From Octopus vulgaris (Eukaryota), in contig OX597816.1 in assembly GCA_951406725.2 (NCBI GenBank), forward strand, positions 136,896,001 through 136,960,000: DNA of 64,000 nucleotides, given 5' to 3'. Positions 24,888 through 38,249 of this stretch are shown here, piece by piece. A program made the position numbers and the translations under genes. The notes below the pieces were generated by a model. That model searched no databases. It saw nothing but the letters and a program-made list of their open reading frames with translations, and had not been told where the DNA came from. Numbering within the stretch: position 1 is the first letter of the stretch; each line of letters opens with the position of its first letter.

Positions 24888-26552
24888 ACTGTGGTTGTAT
24901 AGTAAAAAGCTTGCTTCTCAACCACATGGTTCCGGGTTCAGTCCCACTGCATGACACCTTTGGCAAGTGTCTGCAACTATAGTCTTGAACTGACCAAAGC
25001 CTTGTGAGTGGATTTGGTGGATGGAAACTGAAAGAAACCTGTCATATGTACAGGGTGCGTAAGATATTTGAGGTCATACAATTTTTGGGCCATTGCTGCA
25101 TTTTTTGATAACTCTGTATAATTTTTGTTTTAGAAAATGATAATGGCAGACCCTCAGCTTACTTAAGAAATGAAGAGGCGTGCTGTTATTTTGGTTATAA
25201 AGGCAGAGCATAGCAGTTTATAAATATCTTGATTTTGAAAAGTTGTCAGGTCTTTCATCTACAAAATCTGTAAGAAGTTAGAGACTGAAAATGGAAATGT
25301 ATCACCAGTATCAAAACATAAAAAGCTTTCTAAATGCTCTGAAATCATCAGAACACTTGAATTTATCCAGAAAGTTCAACAGACCATTGATACAATCCCA
25401 GAAAGTCCATGAGGTCAATTGCAAAAGATTTCCATGTGTCAGAAGGAACAGTCAGAAATGTTGTTCATGAAGACATCAGATATAAGTCTTATATGATGAG
25501 GAAAGGTCAATTTGTCAGAAAAAGCAAAAGAAAATCACTATGTCAGATCTTAAAAGGTTCTTAAACAAACTGAAAAATCCAGCAGAAAATTTGATTTGGT
25601 TTTTCTCAAGCGAGAAAACTTCGACCAAGATCAAAAAGTTAACAGAAGAAATGACAGATGGTTTTGTGCAGATCCTTCTGAAGTTCCAAATGCTATGCAT
25701 ACAAAATTTCCTGCGACTGTCATGGTTTTAGGGGTTGTCAGCAATGAAGGATATGTGATGCCTCCTTACTTCTTTCCACAAGGCTTTAGAGCTAACTCTG
25801 CCTCCTACATTGAAGTCCTGGAAACAGTTGTTAAGATCTGGATAAACAGTGTATGCAATGGAAGGTCATATGTGTTCCAGTAAGACTCTGCACTATCACA
25901 CATGGCTCTAGTAACACAGGAATGGATGGCTAAAAATTTTCATGATCACATAACCCCTAACATTTAGCCTCCTAATTTTCCAGATCTCAGTCCATTAGAC
26001 TATTACATGTGGAGCATTGTTGAGAGTGATCAATGAACACGCCCATAACACCAAAGATTCTTTGAAAGCTGCCATAGTCAGAGTAATGTCCAAAATGAAC
26101 CAAGAACACTTGATTCGAGCATATAGGTGATTTAAATCTCAGATAGAAGCAGTTATTGAGGCTGAAGGTGGCTTTATTGAATAAAATTATAGAAAAGAAG
26201 GTTTATTTTTATCCTCATAGCATTTTTTGATAAATTAAGTTATTATCTGTTGTCCTATATCTGTTTTTTTATAAACATTAATCTGTCCTCAAATATCTTT
26301 TGCATCCTGTATATAAGTATATATATGTCCATGTGTCTTTGTCATTGTGTCTCTGTTTGTGCCCCCATCATCACTTGACAACTGATGTTGGTGTGTTTGT
26401 GTCCTCGTAACTTAGTGGTTCAGCAATAGAGACTAACAGAATAAGTATCACACTTAAAAAATAAGTACTGGTGCCGATTCATTTGACTAAAAATTCAAGG
26501 TGGCACCCCAGTATGGCCACAGTCTAGTGACGGAAAGAAGTAAAAAATAAAA
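24888..26552 (+). mobile_element. SINE family A split by a nested transposon
   Basis: 5' half 24888-25048; 3' half resumes at 26312-26552. Confidence 0.8.
25051..26309 (+). mobile_element. Full-length degenerate Tc1/mariner (maT/DD37D-like) transposon, 1259 bp
   Basis: TIRs cagggtgcgtaagatatttgagg / cctcaaatatcttttgcatcctg with TA on both sides. Transposase remnants FSSEK, KFPATVMVLGVVSNEG, DSALSH, PDLSPLDYYMWS. Confidence 0.9.
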
Positions 26553-26720
26553 GATATATATATATATATATATTGTGTTCTACGTTTATTTGTGGTGTCC
26601 TGTACTCATATATATATATGCTTGTATATATACATGTAGATGTATGTACATATATGTATGTATATATGCAGATATTTTATTTATTTATTATATTATATAT
26701 ATATATATAGAGAGAGAGAG

Positions 26721-27256
26721 ACAACTTATAAACAAGGGCAAAAGAAAAAAATTCCAATGCCAAATATGTTGAAAATAGACTTAATCGTCAATAGCCATAT
26801 AATTTATCACTATAAGCATGCATCTCGAAAGCAAGCCGACAGAAATTTCTAAAAAATTTCGTTATTATCGAATCGGCCCCGATTTCTGAGTTAATTCATT
26901 TAGAATTTTCTCGTCATCAGCGATAAATACGATAAGAAAATAAATGAGATACTTATTTGCACCCATGGAAGAAGTGTACACTTAAGTACCCCAAATATAT
27001 CCAAAATAGAAATTCTACAGCATATCTCCATGGGTGCAAGTATCTCATATATTTTCTTATTGTATTTATCGCTGATGACGAGAAAATTCTAAATGAATTA
27101 ACTCAGAAATCGGGGCCGATTCGATAATAATGAAATTTTTTAGAAATTTCTGTCGGCATGCTTATAGTGATAAATTATATGGTTATTGACGATTAAGTCT
27201 ATTTTCGGCATATTTGTCATTGGAATTTTTTTCTTTTGCCCTTGTTTATAAGTTGT
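26721..27256. repeat. Long fold-back inverted repeat (~230-250-bp arms, ~57-bp spacer) with hammerhead-like motif
   Basis: 26721-26969 is the near reverse complement of 27027-27256; ctgatga at 27072-27078. Confidence 0.9.
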
Positions 27257-27403
27257 TTATAAATTTAACCTTTAAAGGTATTTTAATATGCTGGGCATTG
27301 ATAAAATTTTTTTCAAAAATTATATCCTTTATTAAATGTGTGTATATATATGCATATATATCATATATATATACGTATATATATATGTATGTATATGTTC
27401 ATT

Positions 27404-27653
27404 CTAGCTGGTGTACTCAGTAATTCCAGGGGGTAAAGATGTTCTATTGAAATGCCTTATTACTCTGATATAAGAAAGCAATTTCCAGGGGCTGTATTAT
27501 TGATTTTTTCAACAATCCAAGTATGTCACAAGGTTTCCAGACATGAGTTCTACTCATGTGTCAAGTTTCATCAAAATCAATAAAATGATGTAGGAGGAGT
27601 TAGCTAACAATGCCACGAACAAACACACACTGGTTTTCCATATATGTAGTAGA
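27404..27653 (-). mobile_element. Short non-autonomous Helitron-like element (family H2)
   Basis: Minus strand starts TCTACTAC and ends CTAG; shares both ends with 46629-47533. Confidence 0.65.
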
Positions 27654-28176
27654 TCTATACTTGTATATGTATGTGTGTGTATATATCATCATCATCATCA
27701 TCATCAGCATCATTTAATACCTTATTTCCCTGCCGACATGGGTTGGATGGTTTGAGAAGAACAGACACACCAGAGGGCTGGGCCAGATTCTATGTCTGCT
27801 TTGGCATGGTTTCTACAGCTGGGTATCCTACCTAGCACCAGTACTCGACAAGGTGTACTGGGTACTTTTTATGTGACACCAGGATCATTGAGGTCATCAA
27901 GCACCTGTCAGATAAGACCCCACCACCTCAACTGAGTGGGGTGCAAACTGGAGGGATAAGAAGCTATGATAGCGGGACAAGGATCAGATGAGTGTGTGTG
28001 TGTGTGTGTGTGTATACATATTTGATGGGTTTCTGTCCAGCTTTTGTCATTCAAATCTATTCAAAAGTGTTTTGTCAGGCTGAGGCTGTAGTAGAGGACA
28101 TTTGTCCAAAGTGCCATGCACACACATATACTTGCATACATGTTTATCTGTCAAAGTGACGAGGACCAATCTAATC

Positions 28177-28529
28177 CAGGGATGTGGTTCTTAACTGGGG
28201 TCCACATTGCCCCTGAGGGTCCATATAAGATTTTGGATGGGGTCCATTCAACAAAATAGTAAACTGGGGATCCAGGATAGCATTTTAAGGGCCCTTGAAT
28301 TTTGCTTTTGATGTATGTATTGGTATGTATTGCAAGAAACAGTTGGGTTTCTTTTTTTAACATTTCACATAGTTCAACCTACACTAATTAATGTGTGAAA
28401 AACAAAGTAGATATTTTGAAAGACATTTCTATAAAGCTAGTTTTTAAACATTGAATAGCTTTGGGGGTCCACCAGAATAAAATAGTAATCAAGGGGTTCC
28501 ATAAATAAAATAATGGTTGAGAACCCCTG
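28177..28529. mobile_element. hAT (Charlie-like) MITE
   Basis: Ends caggg..ggttcttaac / gttgagaacccctg; degenerate 8-bp TSD atctaatc / atctagcc. Confidence 0.6.
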
Positions 28530-29136
28530 ATCTAGCCATTCTTAAGGATGACTGATGATTCACATGGTCTTTATTTGAGGTGGAGTTGTACATCATCAAC
28601 TTTACTCTCTCATTTGAGACCATCTTCAATTCAGTGGTAAGACTAGGCTTGGATAACTTGGGATGGAGACAGATGCAGTAGATGACCAAAATGTCTTACT
28701 TGTTTCATCTTACTCTCTGCACTCCAAAATGCGTTTCAGCAGCTGATTTCCCCTCTGTTTAACCATGAAGGTTTCTTCCGCAGGGTCCACCTGATTCAGT
28801 CTTCACATGCATAGGTAGGCAAGGTCTAATATGCTAATTAATCCATAGCTGGGACCTTAGCAGGTGCTATTACTATAGGTCAGAGTAGACTTGGGAATAA
28901 TAGTGGATAAAAGGTGATTCCATCTTCCTGGAAATGCTGGAAACTCCTGAACCAGGGCCATACTACTGGGTGCAGTTTAATCATACTTCGGACAATTACA
29001 TACATACATACATATATGTATACATGCATGCATGTAACCATCCATCCATCCATCCATCCATCCATCCATCCATCCATCCATCCATACATACATACATACA
29101 TACATGCATACATACATACTTATACATGCATAGACT

Positions 29137-29414
29137 TGTGGTGTGTGCGAGATTCGAATATAAAGGCACCTACCTTCTCTTCGCTCTGATAGAGACCCTT
29201 CAGTGGTAACGGATCCTTCATCACAGCCCCGACCCGAACGCTAAAGATAGCAGCTGCTTCACCCAACCTTAGCAACGTCTTCACATGTCTTAACACCTCG
29301 ACGACCCTGGTTCGAAAAGGCCGAAATCACCGCTCCCTGCGCATGCCTCACGGCTACCCTTTCCGGTTGCCCCAACTTCCGGTCAATGCACCCAGCTGCT
29401 GGCGTCATCCCACA
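29137..29414. mobile_element. Solo LTR (same family as 1264-1543)
   Basis: TGTGG...CCACA ends with a perfect 5-bp TSD agact (29132-29136, 29415-29419). Confidence 0.9.
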
Positions 29415-29711
29415 AGACTCACCTACATACATATTCTCAATAGTTACACATATATTTATGTGTATACATTTCTGAACATGCATTGAATTAAGACCTTTGC
29501 AAGAGACTGAGGCAAGTTGTTATGCTGTTCTTGTATAATCTAAATACTACCGAGCCACATCAACTAATTAAAGATATATGTTTGTCACATATAACTGATC
29601 TGTGACATGTGTTGTTCCAAAACAAATCTTGTATTTTTTTTCGTCCTCTTTGGATAAAGAATTTGTTTGGTGTTTACCAAAGTTGAGTAGTTAATATGAA
29701 GTATACACAGT

Positions 29712-29990
29712 TCTGTTCAGTAAGTCATTTTCTTCTAAAAACATTATCACCTTCTTTCTGATGGTGCACTCCAAGATTTTACTGATATGTGAAGCCAGAG
29801 AGATAAGCCTGTAGTTTTTGGCCTCCGCTCTGCTTCCACCTTTGTGGATAGGACATATAATGCCTTCTTTTAGCTTTTTAAGAAGTTTACCACTTGCAAG
29901 GAAACTTTGGAAAAGTATCTGAAGTGGCTTCATTAAAGCCTGCTTACATGAATTCAGGAGAATAGCTGGGAAGCCATCAGGACCAGTTAT
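29712..29990 (-). mobile_element. CR1-clade LINE RT fragment
   Basis: GPDGFPAILL...CPIHKGGSRAEAKNYRLISLAS; closely similar to 33700-33975. Confidence 0.85.
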
Positions 29991-30859
29991 TTGAAGTATA
30001 CACAGTTGAACACAAGGGCCTTGTTTCAGGGAGGTGTCGAGAGACAAGTCCCCCTACGACTTTTTCATGAACAGGGGCAAGCCATCTTTTGTCCACCCCC
30101 CCACTTTTTCCCAATCAAAAAACAAAGAAAAGCCTACTAACAAGTTATATATATGTATAATACATATTTTAACATGTTTATTTATGTTCATATATTTATA
30201 TGAATATACTAGTCATTAGTGATTTTAAACTCCAGGCCAGGAGGATGCCAAAAAGCAGACCAATCTGGAAAAGAATGATTTGGAAGCTTAAGGACCCTTC
30301 ATGTGCTGTCTTTCACATCCCTTACTATCACCACCATCATCACACTCACCTCCGCTTCCATCACAACTACAGCTCATACTATTACTATCACTCCATTACC
30401 ATCACAACTGTCAATCTACTACCATCCTCACCTACTCATCTCTATGCCTACTATCACTTTCACCCCAACATGAGGAATAGTAGAAGTGTCATTGGTGAGA
30501 GGTGGGGTCAAAGTGTGACATATTGACACACAGAAATTCGTTTTGGCATTTATTATTATAGAAGGTGTATCCATTCGCTTTTTTTAAAGTTAAATAAAAT
30601 AATAGATTTATTCTTAATGAAATTGTCAATATTTATAGGTTTACTGTAAGGAAATGAAATGTTGCGCCTTTTTGAAAATAAGTTTTAAATAAGTCGATCA
30701 GATTAGGAACAGCAATATTCATAGACTTCTCAGCCACTTTCATATTTATTGCATTTTTAAGAGTATTAGTGGTATGTTAGCTTCTTCAATAACTTATTGA
30801 AATTGGGATTCAGCAGACACAATAAATGCAGGATGTTTCAGTTAACTTTGTTTTATGTC

Positions 30860-31775
30860 TCCTTTCTTTCAGGAACAGCTTGATGTACTGGCAATCAATG
30901 AACAGCATAGGAGAGCATAAAGATTGAAGTTGTAGTTGAGAAAAAGTTAGCTGCCATAGAGGACTAGAAGAAAAGTTAGCTGCCATAGAGGACTAGAAGC
31001 CATCTGAATATTGGAAAAGAATTTCCTGTATCATGATGATTCACACTGGGTATCAAAATGCTGACATCATGATTGCTGTTCAATGCTCTGTAAACACTGT
31101 AAAGGTTTAAGACATGACATAGCTGCAATGAAGACAATAAAGTCATGGCCATCATGAAGGGACACAACTGTGTCTATATGCTGGGATATTCTGACTGTGT
31201 CTACATTCTTAGATTCATTCAACAACTGATGAAATGAGCCCTAGGTTCAATTCAGACTGTTATATGAAGTGCTGGAAACTGTGGTCAAACCCTGGCTAAA
31301 GAAGGTTGCTGCTGGAAGGCCATATATGTGGCAGAAGGATTAGGCTTGTTGCCACATCACCAGAGACAGAACTGATTGTCAGAGAATTTCTACAATTTTA
31401 CATGTCTCAATTTCTGGCCTCCTAATTCCTCCAGTTGCAATCCCATGGATTATTATGTATGGGTGTAGTTGAGAGACACTAACCACTCTATCTGTGACAC
31501 TAAGGCTAAGCTGGTGGTCAAAATGAAGGAGGTGTTTGAAGATCTTCAAACACCTCCTTCAAGATCTTCCTAGGAATGCAGTGAGGAACACATGCTCCAG
31601 ATTTAAGAGCCATCTTGAAGCTGTGGTGGTGCTAAAGGCAGCTACTTTGAGTACAGTTATCTCCCAGCCATAATCTAGTTGATGTTTTTTAATTTTTAAA
31701 AGTAATTTTATTTTTGGATGTGATATTGTTTTCTTTTTCTTTTATGCAAACTGTCAAATTTAGCCCAAGTACCCA
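30860..31775 (+). mobile_element. Degenerate Tc1/mariner element, same family as 34-842
   Basis: gagagcataaagattgaagttgtagttgagaaaaagttagctg matches element 34-842; WPPNSSSCNPMDYYVW; right TIR ctgtcaaatttagcccaagtaccc. Confidence 0.75.
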
Positions 31776-31894
31776 TTCCGGATCGATGTAGGTAGATGTT
31801 TTGCTAATTTTTGTGGCTTGTCAACAAAACATACATGAACCAAATAGGAGGCGAACTGAATCACTGTTGCTGGTATGCCATGATGATGCATACA

Positions 31895-32066
31895 TCATCA
31901 TCGTTTAACGTCTGCTTTCCATGCTAGCATGAGTTGGACGATTTGACTGAGGTCTGGCGAATGAGATGGCTGCACCAGACTCCAATCTCATCTGGCAGAG
32001 TTTCTACAGCTGGATGCCCTTCCTAACGCCGACCATTCTGAGAGTGTAGTGGGTGCTTTTATGTGG
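31895..32066 (-). mobile_element. RTE-type 3' tail fragment
   Basis: Closely similar to 16355-16525. Confidence 0.75.
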
Positions 32067-33199
32067 TACTAAGAATAAATTCAAATTTGAATTAGAAGCA
32101 GTATGTGGTACTAAGAATAAATTCAAATTTGAATTAGAAGCAGCACTAGCATTATGAACACTGTTGACCACACATACTCAATGCATGAGCATTGCTTGTT
32201 CACTGGTAGGCTATGGGTTAGTGCAGTGGAGAAGGACGCCACCCACAAAACACCTGAAAGTCATTGATGGTTGAGACAAGTGATCAAGGTAAGCACATAC
32301 ATCAAGTATGTGAGGTCCATTATGTTTACAATACTAGTGCTGCTTCTTATCAATATTTGAATCTATTTTTATGTCTGCATCATTGTAGCATATCAGCAAA
32401 TGGTTTTTACATTATTTGTTTGCCTCTGATTCGGTTTCAGTATGTGTTGCTACGCCACAAAAATGGTGAGAAATCAATGTCCTCTCCTGAATTGGATATG
32501 AGGTGAGTTAACACCTGGAACTTTGAGGGATTCATCCATCCTCACAGCGAACAAGCAAGTAACATACATCGTGTATGTGAGGCTCATAATGTTTACAACA
32601 ATAGTGTTGCTTCTAAATCACATTTGAATTGACCACTAGCCTACGTCCAGATAAACTGATTTGCTATATATGGCTCTACCTAATTTATTAATGTTATTTA
32701 GCTGCTGCTGCTGCTGCTTCTTCTTCTTCTTCTTCTTCTTCTTCTTCTTCTTCTACTCACTTTTTCCTCTCCTGCTTCTTCTGCATATTCTTCCTGTTGA
32801 TCCCCACACACCCATAATCCCTACACAACTTACTCATCCCATAACCACACCTTTATCTTTTGTTTCCTCCCAATATAAGCCAAAAAAAAAAAAAAACAAT
32901 GTCTGGAAGACACACAGTGTGATAACACACCTTTGATTCAAGCCTGATGAAGTTTCTCTTTAATGTCTAGAACTGCAAACATTACGTAAATTTTCACTTT
33001 GAATATTTGCATAAACAAACATTGTAAGTAGAGTTGGTACAGAAACAATTGTAATGAATCATTAACAATGTTAAAGAATTTTCTTTGTCATGTTATTTGG
33101 ATCATATATGATACATACAAATACACACACACACTCTTATTCTTTTACTCGTTTCAGCCACGTGGCTGCAGTTGTGCTGGAGCACCACTGTGATCTTGC

Positions 33200-35400
33200 T
33201 GATTTCCTCAGTCTGGGGTGTTTTGCATTACCACTCCTGTATGTGCCTTTTTATATTGAGTTCAGGTCCTGCTGTAAGCTTGCAATGTCATCCTGGCTTT
33301 TTATTACCTATGATAATTTTGTATCATCAGCGTAACTAGTGGCAGTAGCTGTGTGAGTGACCATGAGCATGTCTAAGAGGGCTATTATGAATAGTAATGG
33401 CTCCAGAACAGTTCCCTGGAGGACACCACTTAGGATTTGAGTTTTCTCAGAAAGGGCACCATTGGCTGCAACTGCCTGACTTCTGTTTTTAAGGAAGTCA
33501 TGCAGCCACTCTTCCAGTTTACTAGCAATGTCAGTCTTGCAGCTTATGATATATAATGCCGTCATCTACCACATCAAAAGTTTTTGCAAAGTCAAGGTAT
33601 ATCATCTTAATGGTCAAGCTGCTGTTTCAAAACCCCATCATAGTGCTGTTGGAGCTGTGTGAAGCAGGTTCTTTCTGGATGAAAGCCATGCTGTGTATTG
33701 TTCAGTAAGTCATTTTCTTCTAAAAACATTATCACCTTCTTTCTGATGGTGCACTCCATGACTTTACTGATATGTGAAGCCAGAGAGATTGGCCTGTAGT
33801 TTTGGGCCTCTGCTCTGCTTCCACCTTTGTGGATAGGGCATATAATGCCTTCTTTTAGCTTTTTAGGAAGTTTACCATTTGCAAGGAAACTTTGGAAAAG
33901 TATCTGAAGTGGTTTCATTAAAGCCTGCTTACATAAATTCAGGAGAATAGCTGGGAAGCCATTAGAACCAGTTACAGAACTTGAACTAATTTCATCTATG
34001 GATGCTGTTATATCTGTCTCCTCAATGTTGATGTAATCAATGATTGGCCCCTCCCATTTTAGAGCTGCAATATTAAAGAATTCAGCTGGGTTTTTTAATC
34101 TGCATGTGTCCAGGGGGCAGGGAGTGAAGACACTTTTAAATTGTTTACTGAGTACCTCACTTATCCCCTCTGGGTCTGTAGTTAGTGAGCCATTCCATTG
34201 GCCCACTATATTGTATTGTGGTTGTTTCTTTTGCAAATTTATAGAAAGTTTTAGGGTTTGTTTTTATGCTTTCCACAGCTCTGTTCTCTCTCTCTCTCTC
34301 TCTCTGCTCTTACCTATTCATGAGAGAGTTTGATCTTGCTTTCGATTTCTAGGAGTGTCTGTACTAAAACAGACTTCTCCCTATCCTTCTATAGCCGTCT
34401 ATTCAGCTGGTTTGAAACCTTTGATCTGCGTCTCATAAGGATTTTCCTATCCCTGGGAATCTTGTTTGTCGGTATGCTAGCCTCCCTTTCCAGGGTGTAT
34501 TTATTAGTGCATATAGTTTGCACTGTTGACATAAACTGGCTGAGTTTCAAGTCAATGTCTTTGCATACATAGGATGCCGGAACAGTTTCGTTTGTGGATC
34601 TCTTTGCAGATTGATTCCCATCATTTTGCTTTAGTGAAATTCAGGTTAGATGTTGCTTGAGTCTTCCTGATAGGGTAGTTACCAGCAGTTTGCTTAGGAC
34701 CATACATACATAGTTCCATAATGTTGTGGTCTGAGAGTGCTGTGTCACCCTTACAATATGAATAAGGTCCATATTATTTGTGAAGCAAATGTCTAAGATG
34801 TTATTTCCCCTGGTTGGCATGAGTATTACTTGTTCCATCAACAGCATATTAGTAATAATTCTATATGTGCTTTTGTTCATGTAGTGACATCCCAGAGAGA
34901 ATGTGACCTTCCAGTCATTTAACATTTGGGAAGTTGAAGTCACCCAGAAGTATATTGACGTGCTGATCAAGATTTGTCAATACCTCTTCTATGTGGCTGA
35001 GACTACCCTCAAATTTGTCGTCATATTTCATGGTATTTGACAGATGATATATTGTGATATATTGTGCATACAACTACATCAAATTGTTTTATATGTCTTA
35101 TCAAGGTGTCACAAACTGAGTTTGAAAGTGACAGTAATACAAGAGGTGTGACATCTTCACGGATGTACATAGCAACTACACTGTGACTTCTTTCTCTTCT
35201 GTCTGTATGAAATACAGCATACCCGGGTATATGTACTTCTGCATCTGTTACATTAGGGATTAGATGCATCTCTGTGAGTGCCATACATATTGCTTAATTG
35301 CATGCAGCAAGCTCTTTCAGGTATAGGATTTTACCTCTGTTGCTGAGCTTTAACAGACCTTTAATGTTCAATAGGAATATGGGTGTGATATCTGGGTAGG
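33200..35400 (-). mobile_element. Degenerate CR1-clade LINE (APE + RT N-terminal part)
   Basis: LTEMHL, PTRGNNILDICFTNN, NYRPISLAS, QHGF, YLDFAK, SGVLQGTVL, SYADDTKL; fragmented by stops and frameshifts. Confidence 0.88.
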
Positions 35401-35907
35401 TGTTTGTGGTGCCATCCTGGGCCTGTCACCTGAGATGGGCTTGTGCATTGAAATGCATGGCTTTGAGTTTGCATCCTGTGCATCCATGTTAGATGCATCA
35501 CTATTTTCTGGGTCTTTTAAAAAAAAGACTTGTTTGATAGCTGCAGTTTGTACAGCCTCTGCATATTACTTTTTAAGGGGTGCAGAGTGTATGCACTGAT
35601 CTCTTTTCCTACTCTTTTGAGATGCATTTCTTCCTGTTGGTGCACTATTACTCCGGAGGTCCATGCTTGATGATTTCCTTCTATGTTGTTGCTGGTTTCG
35701 TTTCAGGTGGTTACGCCACTGGTTGTTCCGATAAGATTTGGGATGGGCAAAGCTGCAGCCCATATATATGACAAGATGGAATAGACAGGACAAGAAGAGG
35801 TCATGATGTGATGAAAGAACTCTGCCAAATAAACTAATAATAATTATGCTAAAGTGAAGATCAAATAAATAGTGCTTGTTTATTAGCAAAATAACCATCC
35901 CCATCTA

Positions 35908-37170
35908 TCATCATCATTTAGCGTCCGCTTTCCATGCTAGCTTGGGTTGGACGGTTCAACTGGGGTCTGGGAAGCCAGAAGGCTGCATCAGGCACAGTCT
36001 GATCTGGCAATGTTTCTACGGCTGGATGCTCTTCCTAACGCCAACCATTCCGTGAGTGTAGTGGGTGCTTTTTACGTGCCACCCGCACAGGTGCCAGACG
36101 GGGCTGGCAAACGGCCATGGATGGATGGTGCGTTTTACGTGCCACCGGCATGGGGGCCAGGCGAGGCTGGCAACGGCCATGATCGGATAGTGCTTTTTAC
36201 GTGCCACTGGCACGGGGGCCAGGCGAGGCTGGCAATGGCCACGAACGGATGGTGCTTTTTATGTGCCACTGGCACGGAGGCCAGTCGGGGCGGCGCTAGC
36301 AACGGTCACGATCGGATGGTTCGCTTACTTGTCAGCGGCACTGGTATCACAGCTGCAATTTCCATTGATGTTGATCGACTTCAATTTTGGTTCTGTTTTC
36401 TGATATCTGATTTGATTTGATTTGATTTGATTTTGATTTTGATTTTGATTTTCACTTGCCTCAACGGGTCTTCCAAAAAGGAAAGGTATGTATAAGTCGA
36501 CTGGCTACATACCAGGTAGAGGCCATGGGTTATGGTCTCACTAGTCTTGCCGGGTCTTCTCACGCACAGCATACTTCCAAAGGTCTCGGTCTCTAGTCAT
36601 TTCCTTGGTGAGACCTAAAGTTCGAAGGTCGTGCTTCACCACCTCGTCCCAGGTTTTCCTGGGTCTACCTCTTCCACAGGTTCCCTCAACCGCTAGGGTG
36701 TGGCACTTTTGCACACAACTATCTTCAGCCATTCTCGTCACATGACCATACCAGCGCAAACGTCTCTCTTGCACACCACAACTGATGCTTCTTAGGTCCA
36801 ACTTTTCTCTCAAGGTACGTACACTCTGTCGAGTATGAACACTGACATTACACATCCATCGGAGCACCACCACCACGTTATTTTGGGTCTTGAGGAGACT
36901 TTGCACCAGCCACAGATCTGGTCAGTGGCTTTCAGCAGGTTGTCCCTTAGAAACGTCCAGTTGTCTTCTACCCCATGTGTAGCTATACCCCCTTCTATTT
37001 TGTGAAAGGCTTCAAGTAATGTGTCTCTAAATCTCTGTCCATTCGCAGGATCTTTAAGCTTCCAGACCCTTCTTCTCCATGCTGGTCGTCTTCTAGTCGT
37101 CCTCTTAGTCCTGATCCTAACTACCAGTCTATGTTGTGGGGTACATTCTTCGCCTGGGAAGGTTTCGGCA
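35908..37170 (-). mobile_element. RTE-clade LINE with RT domain deleted; long 3' UTR
   Basis: End of APE and linker (PGEECTPQHRLVV...VWKLKD...TWWW) fused at ~36868 to the C-terminus LRWMC...RLRWYGHV...GRGRPRKTW; then a UTR with ~60-bp internal repeats and a (GAT)n tail. Confidence 0.85.
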
Positions 37171-37594
37171 TATGAATATATATATTTTGGATAGTATACC
37201 TATTCTATTGACAGATATACAAGTGCATTTTTTCCCTGACTCATGGTCTGTTAGACAACTCAGGTATATATATGTGTGCATGTGTACACACACACACGTC
37301 TATCTATATATAAAAGTGAGGTTGTGTGTGTGTAAACCCACATAACTTCTCAAGTTCGCAACTGATTTTCTCCAAAATGGGAACATACCTTTCTTATGTT
37401 TCAGAGATGGTTTTAGACTCTTAAAATTTTTCACATAATGTGTAATGGGCTCTCTGGGGGCAGAAAATACCTTTTCCTGGGTTACGTGGAGAAGGGAGGT
37501 AACTCTTTGTGAAGTAACTTTCAGAAATTGTTTGTTTCTCTTACATCTAGCGTGATTAACCCGCTGAACATTTTTCAACTTTTTAAAATATTGA

Positions 37595-38000
37595 TATGAA
37601 GAAAGGCTGAAGGCGCTCGACCTTTATTCTCTAGGAAAATGACGACACCGTGCTGATCTCATCCTCGCTCACAACATCATAAGCAGAAAGTGTAACCTCT
37701 CGAAAGAGCTGTTCTTCACTCCTGCTCCAGAGCGTCGGCTGCAGGGTCACTCCGAAAAGCTCTATCTGCGACGATTTCATCCCAATCGAAGGAGAGGGGC
37801 TTTCTCTGTCTGGGTTGAGATCCGTGGAATAAGCTGCCGGACGAGATAGTGAAGATGCCGATGATCGATCGGTTCAAAGACTCTCTTGACCAGAAATGGC
37901 CTGAACTCTTTGCATGAACACCCTCCCTGTACATAACTCCATGTCCTCTTACATGGCCTTGCTTTTGCTTTTTGAGCCAAAAATTTAACTTAACTTAATG
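37595..38000 (+). mobile_element. CR1-clade LINE 3' fragment nested in the Helitron
   Basis: YEERLKALDLYSL...RADLILAHNII...QGHSEKL...WNKLP-like segment; (AACTT)n tail. Confidence 0.75.
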
Positions 38001-38249
38001 TTTTTTTTTATTGACAGTTAATTATTAACATAAATATCATCTCAGTTCATTGTATGTATTTCTTAAAATTTGTTAAGATATTGACATTATTTACCATTTT
38101 ATATTGCCATTTCATTATTAACTCACAATTGTCATCTCATTTTATTACATCATATTTCTTGACATAATGTCTCCAAACAGGAGATCCTCCATTGGTTGAA
38201 AAATTGTCACAATCTCAAATGGCAGTGTGAAAGAGCAATACTGACTCCA

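Noticed and set aside
36060-36320. CRISPR-like repeat-spacer pattern
   Set aside because: Eukaryotic context; these are degenerate ~60-bp tandem repeats in an RTE 3' UTR, with no unique spacers and no cas genes.
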